DNA of 63,031 bases, the filler included, from Choristocarpus tenellus KU-1152 (Eukaryota; Protista; Phaeophyceae): NCBI GenBank assembly GCA_964200185.2. It is 12 parts of 12 records of this genome, joined end to end, with 100 filler letters (N's around TTAATTAATTAA, not from the genome) between each part and the next. Parts side by side here need not be neighbours in the genome. Positions count along the whole stretch, not along the records: positions 38,162 to 56,755 come from CAXNAD020000534.1; positions 56,856 to 59,648 come from CAXNAD020024704.1; positions 59,749 to 63,031 come from CAXNAD020021058.1; 9 more parts are not named here. One strand, given 5' to 3'. Numbering within the stretch: position 1 is the first letter of the stretch; each line of letters starts with the position of its first letter. The notes beneath the pieces are model-generated. The model had not been told where the DNA came from. It did no database searches and saw only the letters and a list, made by a program, of their open reading frames with translations. Position numbers and translations under genes: made by a program. Shown one piece after another: positions 52,301 through 63,031 of this stretch.

Positions 52301-54913
52301 TCTCCATTGAACACCACCCCAACTCAGCCTTCCAAGTAGTCACAAACAAATGCATACCCCCCCCCAAGAAACACACACAAAGACCTCCCCCCCCCCCCCC
52401 CCCACTCCCATGAAAAGCGTCTGGACCTGGGCAGCAGAGAGTTCTGTGACAGGTCGCTCCCCTCGTGTGGCAGCTTTGGCAGTTTCATAGGCAAGTTTCC
52501 AGGCTTTAAACCGGTTGAAAACTGCATATTGGATGGCAGGCTTGAGACAGAGCACCACATACGCCTGAAAAGGATCGAACGGGAGTTACGGAGTTCCACA
52601 AATTCAGAAGGCTTTTTTTTCCTGGTTATTATGTGATTCACGGTGTGCTTAGAGTGAATGCTCGAGTTTATTGGTGTATTTAATATGTTTATACATGCTG
52701 GGACAGCATTCTGCCAAAATGTTTCTCTTTGGGGGTAGGAGAATGTAAAATGTATCACAAGATGCTTTAAGAATGTCAACCAAAATATTTGTTTTTCTAG
52801 CTCTTTCATGCAGAAAGAGGTGCAATACCTCCAACAGTAAGCTGCATTTCTTGCCCCAATGCCAGGAAGAAAAAAGGGCCCAAAAAGAGAGAATAAAACA
52901 TACTCTTTTTTTCAAACATGAAAAGACCTTAAAACAAAACAAAACAAAAAATCCCGTCCTGTACCCCCAGGTCTGGCAAACAACACCAAAGATACTTATA
53001 TCCCAAGTGTTCCGCCGTTTCTCAATATATCACTCCCAACAACCAAAACCTTGGGACAGCAAGCCACAAAAAGGGTTAAACAAAGTGACCAATCAAGACA
53101 AAAAATGAATGAACAGATTCTTGCCAACCAATAGGAAGTAGTTGAGGGGCTAGCTGGACAGTGTGAGGGTATAAACATGATCTCTGACAGTACAGGGTAC
53201 ACTCCGAAAACTGTCCAATAGTTTTTTTTGTCTAGCATAGCCCTATCATACTACCGCAACCATAATCAATCCTGACAAACTAAAATTTGCGATTTGAAAT
53301 GAACGCCAATTCCACTAAAATTTTGTTATCATCCACATCAATTATTACATCACATAACCAAACACATATCGTAAGATGACATCATACATCAATTATTACA
53401 TCACAAAAAAAACACATATAGTAGATGACATCATACATCACATAACCAAACAACAAAACAATCGGCCAGTAGATCCACCGCTGGTTCTACCTCCCAATAA
53501 ACTACTAGAGGGGGTTAAGGGATGTTCCAAACGTATGACGTAGGAGAAATGAAACATACAAAAAAACACCTCTCCCCCACTGGTATTCTTCTCCTCTCCC
53601 CACAAAAGAGAGCAAGGAGAGGAGGCAAGAACAGCGAGCACGTAAAGAACAATACCCACCTGTATTCCTTTGTAGAAACCTCCAGGTCCACTCTCCGCAA
53701 GGATACCTTGTATCACCGCTAATGCATTGGTGCTCTCTCGGGACGTCATGATTTTCGTGAGGACCACCTGCTCCTCCCAACCCACCACACGCACACACAA
53801 GTAGAGTTAGCATGTGCTGAATGTAAAAGAGTAAGAGTGTAAGGGGTGTAAGGCACGCTTCCTGAGGAGATGCCGGCCATGTTTTCATAGTCGTGAGAAA
53901 TGAGTACACACAAGACTACCCCACTAGTCTCATGCATTGAAATATGCCCGTCACTGCTCCAGTACTACTGCACCAAAGGAGTTACTGGTTACTGGCAAGA
54001 TTAGAGTGCAGGTGTGATTTTTTTGTTCCTGTTACACAATAGCACTGATTGCCTCATCATCATTGCACACCCTTGTAACCCCTGTACAACAGCAGCACTC
54101 ATACACCCTGTTTCGCCTGTCTCCCTACCTCAATGGGAATAGTAAAAGGAAGGTGAAACGCCTCTGCAAGGTAGCCCAGCCCAAGATCTGCAATCGTGCT
54201 CAGTCCGCTTCCTCCTCTACCTTGTGCCTGGAGCACTGCCGCCTTAAGCCAGCTGTATCCGTAGAAATAGGCAGCCTTCTCCACGGCACTCTGACCAGAG
54301 GCATAGACAACCCCCTCATAAAAGCCTCCTAGACCTTGGCAGTGGAAGATCTCAGACGCCACAGACAGCATTGTGGCAGGCTTTTCTGCCTCCCTCACTC
54401 CTAAGCCATATCTATCGCCATCCTGTCTCCCCTCCTTGCTTTGCATGTCATTTTCACTTGCCTTCCCTCCTGTCTCTATCGCCAATGATTCCTCTTCATG
54501 GTGAACACTTGCTGCAGTTCTTTTCTTCCCGCCCGCCCCCTCCCCTCCCGTTGTCATGGTCTGGGCGGTTTTGACCATTTTTGTCTTGGCTTGTAAGTTG
54601 GTCTTAATTACCTCCAGTGGGAAGAGTGTACCTGCAGAAACCATGCCCCCCACCGCCTACATATAGTTTGATCCGGATGGGGGAAGAGGTGGTGGCGGGG
54701 TGGGCAGGGATTGATTTCAAGCTTGTCTCTTTGCTCAAAACATTTGCATACTTCAAAGTAAAATACAATCATGTTGATGGGCTGCCCCCACACCAACTAC
54801 TGTGCGGTAGAAGGCTGTCGAGGTTGCTGTCGCAATGTTGTTCATTGCCTGTACTGCTCGTGCGATCTCCCTGTAAACCTCACCGCAGCGGTTGCTTCAG
54901 CAGCTTGTTCCAT
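49312..54913 (-). CDS. Mitochondrial-carrier-family (SLC25) protein, peroxisomal adenine nucleotide carrier (PNC/PMP34-like); complete 7-exon gene
   Basis: Exons 54884-54913 (MEQAAEATAA), 54129-54656 (AVGGMVSAGTLFPLEVIKTNLQA...FTIPIE), 53660-53767, 52427-52564 (LCLKPAIQYAVFNRFK), 51395-51480 (AFVIGAISRAVATVIVFPYIRAKV), 50446-50554 and 49312-49419 (GITPEITRGVLSAALMLMVKEKI...stop). Three carrier repeats. PAIQY, PYIRAKV and VLSAALMLMVKEKI are PNC-like. Confidence 0.92.
49758..49825. repeat. 18-bp tandem repeat (tgctgatgttgcttttgt), about 3.5 units
   Basis: Visible directly; intronic. Confidence 0.8.
50890..51250. repeat. Degenerate ~25-bp minisatellite (core TATTCTACA + polyT + GAAAGAG), about 15 units
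   Basis: tattctaca recurs every 23-28 bp in an intron of the carrier gene. Confidence 0.9.
53333..53452. repeat. ~50-bp tandem duplication
   Basis: acatcaattattacatcaca...acacatat...gatgacatcat occurs twice. Confidence 0.75.
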
Positions 54914-56677
54914 ATCTCCCCTTTAGCCCGCTCACTCCTCGTCCAGAATGGGAGTGATAAGTAACCTTTTGGGGAGAGGAAAGGCATTAGTAGCTCCAAA
55001 ACCCAGTAAGTTTTAAGGCGGGCTGCCCCAAGATTAAGCACGTCTTCAGGGGACGGAATTTTGTGCGGTATACTTGTGACGTCTAAGAAGGACACTTACA
55101 AGGAAAGGATACACGCAACTGCAGGCAAATGATATGCACCGTGTGTTTACACAGGTGTCTTTGACATAGCCAAGAACCATGCAGAAACGGTCGAGTTCGA
55201 GGCAAATTGGAGGGAGAGGGATGGTGGAATGCGAGAACATAGAAAGGTGTGAGGAAGGGTGGCCAGGTACCTGGCCGTATGTGAGTGGTCATGATTACGA
55301 CGTCAAGGACTGAAACTTGGAATTCTAATGAAAACTGCGACAACTCTAGAGATCTTTCACCTATACCAAAATCATGGACAAGTAGAATTTACAATCCAGT
55401 AATCCAGCCCTCTCATCACAACTCGCGACTGTGCCCTGATGATAGAAACCGAAAACGGATCTTATACCAAAGCGATGATAGGCACATCATATCAACTCTG
55501 TTCCATCACAAATAGACACGAGGGGATCCGCGAGGGATAGACCAAGCGACCAGACGACCTAATAAATCTATGTAGATTTGAATTTGTCGAACCGGAACAC
55601 CATAATTTCCATGTTGTTGTTTCACCTTCCCGAGGAACTAAGGAGAGCAGATGATGGACCTAGCTCAGCGCAGATTAATTACTGGTGTGAGGTCGAGAAA
55701 AGAAAAGTTGTGTCCTTTGGAAGGTGGAGTTGTCCCTGTCGATTGACCATGGGTGATATGGGGGAGGTTGGATCTCGTATCATCGCACGCCATTCGATAT
55801 TGTGCAACTCCCGATTCATATCCAATTTTCTGACAGACGAACTTCTTATATATATATACAACAATCTATGCGGCGTGGAGAACCTCTTCAATTGATTGTT
55901 TTCGAGGGTTCTGGTTCTTTCAGGCACAGTAATGTCCACTCCGTTACCCAAAGTTCATATATATGGTGATCAGTATTGTTGTTATAATCCTGTTTGTTGT
56001 AGTACTACAAAAACGTTAATAAGAACGAGGTATCGACTTCATTTATTAATAGTAGCAACTCCAACTTGATGGGTTCAGCACATTCTAAGCAAGGAGGAGG
56101 AGGAAACCAACGAGTTATGGGATATATAGTACAATCGAATGCCTATGAAGAGTTGAACGGACGCAGTATAATTTATTGTTGTTGAAGGGTTAGTTTCAAG
56201 TAGTTGCTATAAAATACAGTAAGATAGTACTGTGATGTGTAAAAATAATAGTGCAATAAGGCCTGGTTCTGGGTGATGGGGGATGATGAGAACCACCAGA
56301 GATGAGGTTCAGAAAGGAAGTGAAAGATGAGACTGCGGCATGCTGGGTGTATGTTGACAGCCTCAGTGGATCGATCTTCAATGTGATCGGTTGTGACCAG
56401 TCCGAACAGAAAACACAATCTCGTCTTTCTTGGTTTGAATCCACCGTTCATGTCGGGGTTACCGCGTGCCAGTCGTGCGTCTGACCCACACCACATCACT
56501 TGCCCTGGGGTCAATTGGAAAAGGTGACACGCGCAATTGTATATGACCCCTCGCATTATCCTCATCAATGTCAAAGATCCCCCAAAAAGTGACCAATCTC
56601 TGACAGTTACTATAGAATAAAAGTACGACAGTACTGTGATGTTTAATAATAATAGGTTGGATAGGTGTGCACCACTA

Positions 56678-56755
56678 CAGTAGGTACCCCGATTTTGGGC
56701 CCAAACATTATGAACCAAATCGAAAAATATGCAATTTTGTACCGCTTTTTTCGAC
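56678..56755 (+). mobile_element. Tc1/mariner-like end, cut by gap
   Basis: ta|cagtaggtaccccgattttgggc..., homologous to the copy at 14408. Confidence 0.6.
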
Positions 56756-58037
56756 NNNNNNNNNNNNNNNNNNNNNNNNNNNNNNNNNNNNNNNNNNNNT
56801 TAATTAATTAANNNNNNNNNNNNNNNNNNNNNNNNNNNNNNNNNNNNNNNNNNNNCTCGGGGAAGCACCCCACCATGACACACTGGTGATTCTAAACACT
56901 CCCCACGACTGATTGGACTCTGCCTAACACATTTATCTTAGAAAGAAATTGAAGTCAAACTTACCCACACCCAATTTCCTAGAATAATGCTTTGGGGACC
57001 GAAATGGTAAACCATCGAATTAAGGTAGAATGATCTCATAAAAGAATTATCCGATTGAAGCGACCGATACTCATTTTCCCAGCCTATCAAAATGCTCCAA
57101 AAAGTTGTATTGTGTAAGGAGAAGACTCTTTGGGATTGATAGTACGCTTGCTATGTTTACTAGCATGTCATACTTCCGCTGCCTCAGCCGAAGCCCCGAT
57201 CGTCAGGCAGAAACTGGGACCATATCACCACAATAGGACGTCCATCCACGAAGAGGTATCAAACCAAACTTTACTGTTATACAGAGATGTTATACAGGAG
57301 AGGTTGTCAACCGTGTACTGGCAGCCCTTGCACTGATGCTTCAACCTGTGTTAACCCAGAATTCCTAGCCAGCTGTTTGTACTGCCTTAAATACTGAACC
57401 TTACTCTGTTCCCGGCAAACACGGTACCTCGTTCGCTCAAAAAGAAAGAAAGAAAACAATGCATCAAAACCCGTTTTACCAGTCATATCCGTTCCCCAGC
57501 CGGTGCTTTGATCCCTACCTGCTTTAGCCACGGACAGGACGAACGATAGAAGTAGGCACGATTTGGGCAAAGGCTTCATCTTCTACCTCCACAAGACGAA
57601 GTCGACATATGGCTAAAGGCACGCCTAGTTTGCTTTCATCATGCCTGTAGTTAAGACTGCTTCATGTCTATAACTGACGAGTGCAGGTATACGAAATACC
57701 ACTCGTTAGTTCCCAGACCACCGAGGACCTCAGGTAAATCAATCTATGCTAGAGTGTCTCGTACGATGGTAGTCGTAATAGAAACGCATCTCTGATAACC
57801 TAGCAGCGATGCAATGCTCGAAAATCCCTCCACTATTCGCAAGAAGCCCAGCCGTTTCGGACGTTGCAGAGTCGTCTTGAAGTTTATGGAGTCTGAAGCC
57901 CCAGCGATCCATGTCATTCCAGCTAAAGACAAGACTTTCATTCCCACCTCGATAATTTTCGCCATGACACCGACCATTGTACTAGTCAAGTATCGACATA
58001 TGCCCTGATATGTCACCCATGCAGAGTCCACTCGAGA

Positions 58038-58304
58038 ATGCTTGTCCAGATACTCCTTGACACAGGTGCAGGTCTCATCTATTTTTGTGATAACTGTTTA
58101 CCACAACTCAACATGGCAGGCAAAGGTACCTTATATGCAGCAAACCCCAGAGGGTGTAATATTCTACCAGTACTGGTACTGAAGTCATGCAAACATCTAA
58201 TAACGTTTTCCCCAGAGGAAAAAGTGCGCAATATGGCTTTTAGGATAATGGTGGGGCTGCCATACGAATTATTTTTAGGAGCAACATTTTGTAGACAACA
58301 CTAG
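58038..58304 (+). mobile_element. Retroviral-type aspartic protease relic of a Ty3/Gypsy-like LTR element
   Basis: ILLDTGAG catalytic motif, LYAAN flap-like motif and GLPYELFLGATFCRQH (ILG..F motif). Surrounding sequence is decayed. Confidence 0.7.
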
Positions 58305-59748
58305 AGTGAACTGTTATTTAGAGAAGTTCAATCATCACCGCTGCCACCATAGGTACCTTTTGTCAACATTCCAACACCTAGATCGAGCAGTAACAATGTA
58401 CCCTTGTCAGACCTTAGCAAATGGCATTGTAGTACAAAGGAATCTTCTAAGGTGGATAGTTGTTAGACTAGGTAACTAAACAGAAGAAATGGACAACTTT
58501 AACTTACTACAGTTGGATGTTTATTATGCCTTCTAGGACCTTTACAACCCTAACACGGGACCATCCCCAACTAACGTTTCCACCCAAGAACAACTCTCGC
58601 CTCTATATGATGTGTTACGTCTCTTCCCTGTAGGCACTAGTGTCATACATAGTGGAAGGATGAAAGCTGAAGAGACTGGTAGGACAGAGGGTCCAGTTTT
58701 TGAGTTCGTGTCACCCCACTGAAGGGTATGGTTGAAGGATGGAGGTAAGGAGGAATTCGGCAGGAGAGAGATGAGTGCCTCCTCCAGAACACCTTCCAGC
58801 AGGTAACAACTGTATGCCTGAGGGACAAGGTGATGTTCAGCTAGTACATGCTAGAACAAGAGATTGAAGCATTGAAAATCATAACTGAAAGGAATGTGAA
58901 ACAGCAGAAGTTAAAATGAAGCTACCCACATTAGAGCACACAGTATTATACATTGGTTGTATAGGCTGAAGTCCTTGGAAAATATAAACACTGAACTCAC
59001 TACTTTTTTATTTTTGTTTATTTCCTCTTTTCTATTTTGTAACAACTCTCTGTGATCTTGAACCCTCATGTTTTTCTAATGCTATTTATTTTTAGTTCTC
59101 ATCCCATCATCCCCTGATTTTTAAATTTCATTTTCTTTTCATTGTTGCTACCCTCCTTATTTACTGACTTTTTCTTTTCTTTTCTTTTTTTTCGTCCCTT
59201 TTATTTTTTATGCTTTTATTTTATTTTATTCACTTTTAAGTTTCCACTTTGTTACTCTCATCATTCACACATTTTTTTATTATTTATTTTCTATTTATTG
59301 CTCATTTTTATCTTTATTTATTTTTAGTACTGTTTGTTGCTCTCATTGACCCTTCTTTATTTTTAGTTTTTTCCATTGCCTGTTTTGCACACTAGCAGCC
59401 TTGAGTATGCTTTGTGCATGGGGCATAGGACAGGCAATAATCAGATGCTGCGTAGGTCATGAATAATGTAAGTCTAATCCTTGATAGCACTTACATTTAT
59501 ATAACCGGGAAGATTGGAATAGAAGACACGCGAATTGTATGCCTAATCATAGCTATGTATTTTGTAACTTTTAAAGGTCCAGTTCAAAAGAAACAAGGTA
59601 TACTCGGACTAGGCCAGGGGCAATCTGACTCTAATGTTATTCTGTGACNNNNNNNNNNNNNNNNNNNNNNNNNNNNNNNNNNNNNNNNNNNNTTAATTAA
59701 TTAANNNNNNNNNNNNNNNNNNNNNNNNNNNNNNNNNNNNNNNNNNNN

Positions 59749-59881
59749 ATGAAAAGGTGTATCCGAAACAAGGATATCGACATCTCCAAACAAACACCAT
59801 AGACAAAATTACATCAAAATTGCAACATTGGACTTTGACCCCCAAATGGACGCGGCTATACCCTCCTAGATACTTTGACTC
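59749..59881 (+). mobile_element. MITE family B, right half at contig start
   Basis: Ends taccctcctagatactttgactc. Confidence 0.85.
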
Positions 59882-59988
59882 GGATGCAGTATGTGACCGG
59901 CTATCCTGTGGCGGTTAGGAAACGTAGAGTTGCCCGGTCACCACTGTAGCGTGTGCCCCAAAAAAAAAGAGACTATTTCCGCACATAC

Positions 59989-61310
59989 CTTGGCGTGGCC
60001 TTTGAAATGTAGAACGGTCTCCACTTCACTAATGTCGACAGACAAGGTATTGGTCCTGAGGCCCCTTCTTTTTGGAATCTCTCTTTGAAGTTGGCATAGA
60101 CATGCTCATCTGTCCCAGTCTGTGGCCTGTTGTGACGTTGGTTGCGCCATGTGTACGTTGTGTAATGTCACAGTTTTGTTGGAGGGTGAACATGTTACAA
60201 AGTGATTAATCCATAACGTGTCGAGGGTGGATACGCGCAATATTTGTGAGGATGACACTCGTTAGTGTTGAGTACCTCTGAGCGTGCTGTTGGCACAGTG
60301 CATCCGGGCAGCAAACTCTCTTGTTCATATGCGGGTCTAAGTAGTGCATTCCCTGAGTGGGATCATGAGATGTGACCGGGTCGTGGGGCATGGCGGTACT
60401 GTTACTCTCCCACATGGGGATACCCAGAACAAGTGTATCAGGATGCTGTACATGGAACTGTCGTGAGGAGCTGTCCCTCCTCACGTCGAACACCCTTGGT
60501 CTGCCGTTTTGTGTGAGTAACGATGGGAGATATGTGGCGTATGTCGGTTGTGCAGCAGAATATGAGAGATCATACGAGCATCCCTGTTAGTGATGAAATG
60601 GTTTTCTACACACAGTGGATGTGTTCGCCCGGGGGGGAAGTTTTGTGTGTCGCATTGTTGGTGGTTGCGGGAAACAAACTTCCATACCTGTGGGTGGTGC
60701 CTTGAGTAAAGTTGTGAGAAGTGTGTATGTCAGGTCTGGGGGAGAAGCCCCCAGCGTCATCTGCAGCCGATGCGGAGGGGCTTCGCCACATGTCTCGCAA
60801 GAATTCCGTGGGTTTTTTGGCGGATGACCTTAGTGTGTCGATGCTGATGTCGTATTTTTTTGCTGTGACAGACAGAAGGGGTTGAAACATGGATGTCACC
60901 CCGTCATTGCCTATTTCGACATCAGGAGCGATGCCGACAAGGATGGATTTGTACACGTGGCGGGTATGCTCGGTGCTAAGATCTTTCTTTACACGTTCAA
61001 GGAATGTGTAAACCTGGAGATCAGGCGTTGACTCGCGTTGTTCCCGACCCAACACAACTCGCAGCACACTTGCCAACGGTGCAAATCTGCTCTTCTCATC
61101 CAACAACCAAGAGGCAAGGTCGTTCCAAGTGCGGCCGCTTTCTTCCATCCCTTCTGAGCGATCGTGGTCGACAAATACGGAGAGGAAGAGGTCCATTTTC
61201 TGGTCCGTTTGGGATTTCTTCCACGAACGGGCGGCACTGGTCTTGGACAGTCTCTTTAGTCCCCGTCTCCAGAGTGGGAACCTAATGAGGTCACGATGTA
61301 AGTTGGGTGG
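59989..61310 (-). pseudogene. Decayed transposase-like ORF (possibly Sola2-like)
   Basis: The 196-aa ORF 60606-61196 stays open further upstream. Downstream pieces with stops and frameshifts end in TDEHVYANFKERF...PCLSTLVKWRPFYISKATPR|gtatgt (about 59989-60120), resembling a Y..FK...S....RP motif I associate with Sola2-type transposases. No DDE core visible. Confidence 0.4.
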
Positions 61311-62922
61311 GTTTGTTTCCTTTCACACTAGTGGTCAATGTTCATGATGCGAACATAGGTAATACTGCATCTTTCTTCGGGGAAAGGTGCTCGCATAATG
61401 TTTGGTCACCAAGTGCTCCACGGAAAATGGCCTTGGTGGATGACACCCCGCTTTGAAAGCATGGAGAAGGGTGTGTTTGATGCATCAACAACTGAAACTG
61501 CCCCGATTAGATTCTCCTGAAAAGGTGTGCATCGCATATTGCGGTCAATCACGAGCCACATACAAAAGGTTTCTAAGAAGTACGATGAAGCATGTAGGAC
61601 GAAGTGACTGGGGGTAGTTTGTCGAACGGTAGAATGTGTGTTTTGATCTGAATTTTTTGGGGGGGAAGCACTTGACAGGTGCGTGGTGGGTGTCGCCCCC
61701 GACACCATTAGCTCATGTATGTACCACAATTGACGTGTTCTGAAGAACGGTAAACTAATGTGTACGATGGATTTTGTGGAAGGGATACTGAATGTTACAT
61801 GTGATGTAGGTCAACACATAGCCCCACATGCGCATACCATCACATGCGCCCCTTACTACTCTATGGGGGATATGAGATAGCGGTTGAGTTTTGTGTTGAG
61901 TCGAGGATGATGGTTTGGAGGTGTGTGGCTTGAAAACGTTGGTATGTGGACCACAGCAACTTTCGCCACACTTTGTTGTGAAACAACGTTCGACAAGAAT
62001 GACATGACGTGTGTGACTTGAAATAAGTTGGTATGTGGACAGGCGCAATGTTTGCCGTACTTTGTCGAACGGTAAAGTACGACAAAGTATGACATGAGGC
62101 GAGCAGATGAAGGAAGGGCGAAACAAGATTCGGTATTATTTTATTAACGTGTAAGGGTGAGAGAGAGTGTCAGAGTTAGGGCATAGGGTTAGGGTCGGGA
62201 CAGGTGCTATGGTTGGGATCGGAAACAGAAACCTTAAGGAACATCGTTTGGTTTCGATATGTATCGGAACGTAGATATCGGAGAACACGAACTTCGTCGA
62301 TAATTTTCGTTCTACTCTTTATGGGAGGACGTGTGCGTCACCGGCTCGTAACTACGGCGGAACTAGTGAATACCACGTCTCTCGGATTTTGATGCAAATG
62401 TGTGATTTCGGAAGGGTATGGTGACCATATGCTTCGCTATGCCTAGTCTTCAAGCGCTAATCCCCCATTGAGGTAGTTACAGAACGCACCGGCTACATTG
62501 GAGTGTGTCTCGCTGCGACTAGACGTGGTCTTGCCTTTGGTATGTCCTGGGGTCTACCCCTCCGAAGTCCACGAGTTCAGTCCCATTGTTAGAGAGATCC
62601 CCTAGTGACTGGCGGGTCGTCATCATACCTCTGCGGTTCGACGGATGTGGTTCCCTTGAACAACTGCGATGACGATTCCTCAATATTGTCCAGACCCGTT
62701 GCTTTGTTGTCAACAGAGTGAGAGAGTGTAAGGTTTGTAGAATATGTGGTTTGGCGAAAAATTTTTGTTGTGCACTATAATATAATACTACAAAACTGTA
62801 AATATACGTTTTTGTTCCAATGTAAGACAAAAGAACCGCGAATACATCGAAAAGAAGATGCCAACTCAAAGTTTTGACCCTCTCGCACTCATGAAGAATT
62901 AGCGCGTGAAGAGTTATATATA

Positions 62923-63031
62923 CAGTACCTACACCGATTTTATGCCAACTATTATGTACCAAATCCCATTTTGTACCGCTTTTTTCGACATTCTCAAAAA
63001 ATAGGCATTTGTATCGGAATTCTCGTATTCG
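62923..63031 (+). mobile_element. Tc1/mariner-like end
   Basis: ta|cagtacctacaccgattttatgcc...gaattctcgtattcg, closely similar to the copy at 13526. Confidence 0.6.

Noticed and set aside
62170-62200. TTAGGG-like telomeric motifs (also near 46830)
   Set aside because: Only 2-3 degenerate units, too short to call telomeric.

Overview
Eukaryotic nuclear DNA, intron-rich and transposon-littered. Gene style suggests a stramenopile, most likely a brown alga or close relative (inference). The window is not one locus: 12 contigs are joined by artificial 100-bp spacers (44 N + TTAATTAATTAA + 44 N), and most contigs end inside repeats. Spliced genes reconstructed by hand with phase-consistent GT-AG introns: a complete 7-exon peroxisomal adenine-nucleotide-carrier-like SLC25 gene (49312-54913, -), a 6-exon TKL-type kinase truncated at the contig end (38842-45935, -), the 5' part of BMS1 (26425-28461, -), the 5' part of a CRT-like transporter (23903-25132, -), and four exons of a coiled-coil protein (76-3110, +). 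The rest is mostly mobile DNA: more than 20 copies of related MITEs sharing the terminal core AAAGTATCT, a second MITE family (AACAGCCGAT ends), Tc1/mariner-like ends, an RTE-like LINE fragment, a DIRS/Ngaro-like gag-pol fragment, a Gypsy-type protease relic and a decayed transposase-like ORF. The best leads are the modular MITE families with mixed 3/4-bp TSDs and a possible Sola2-like partner, CpG-island-like gene 5' ends, frequent AAG splice acceptors, and an AT-rich foreign-looking decayed ORF. I found no CRISPR array, rRNA or intact tRNA, and no clear new biological system.
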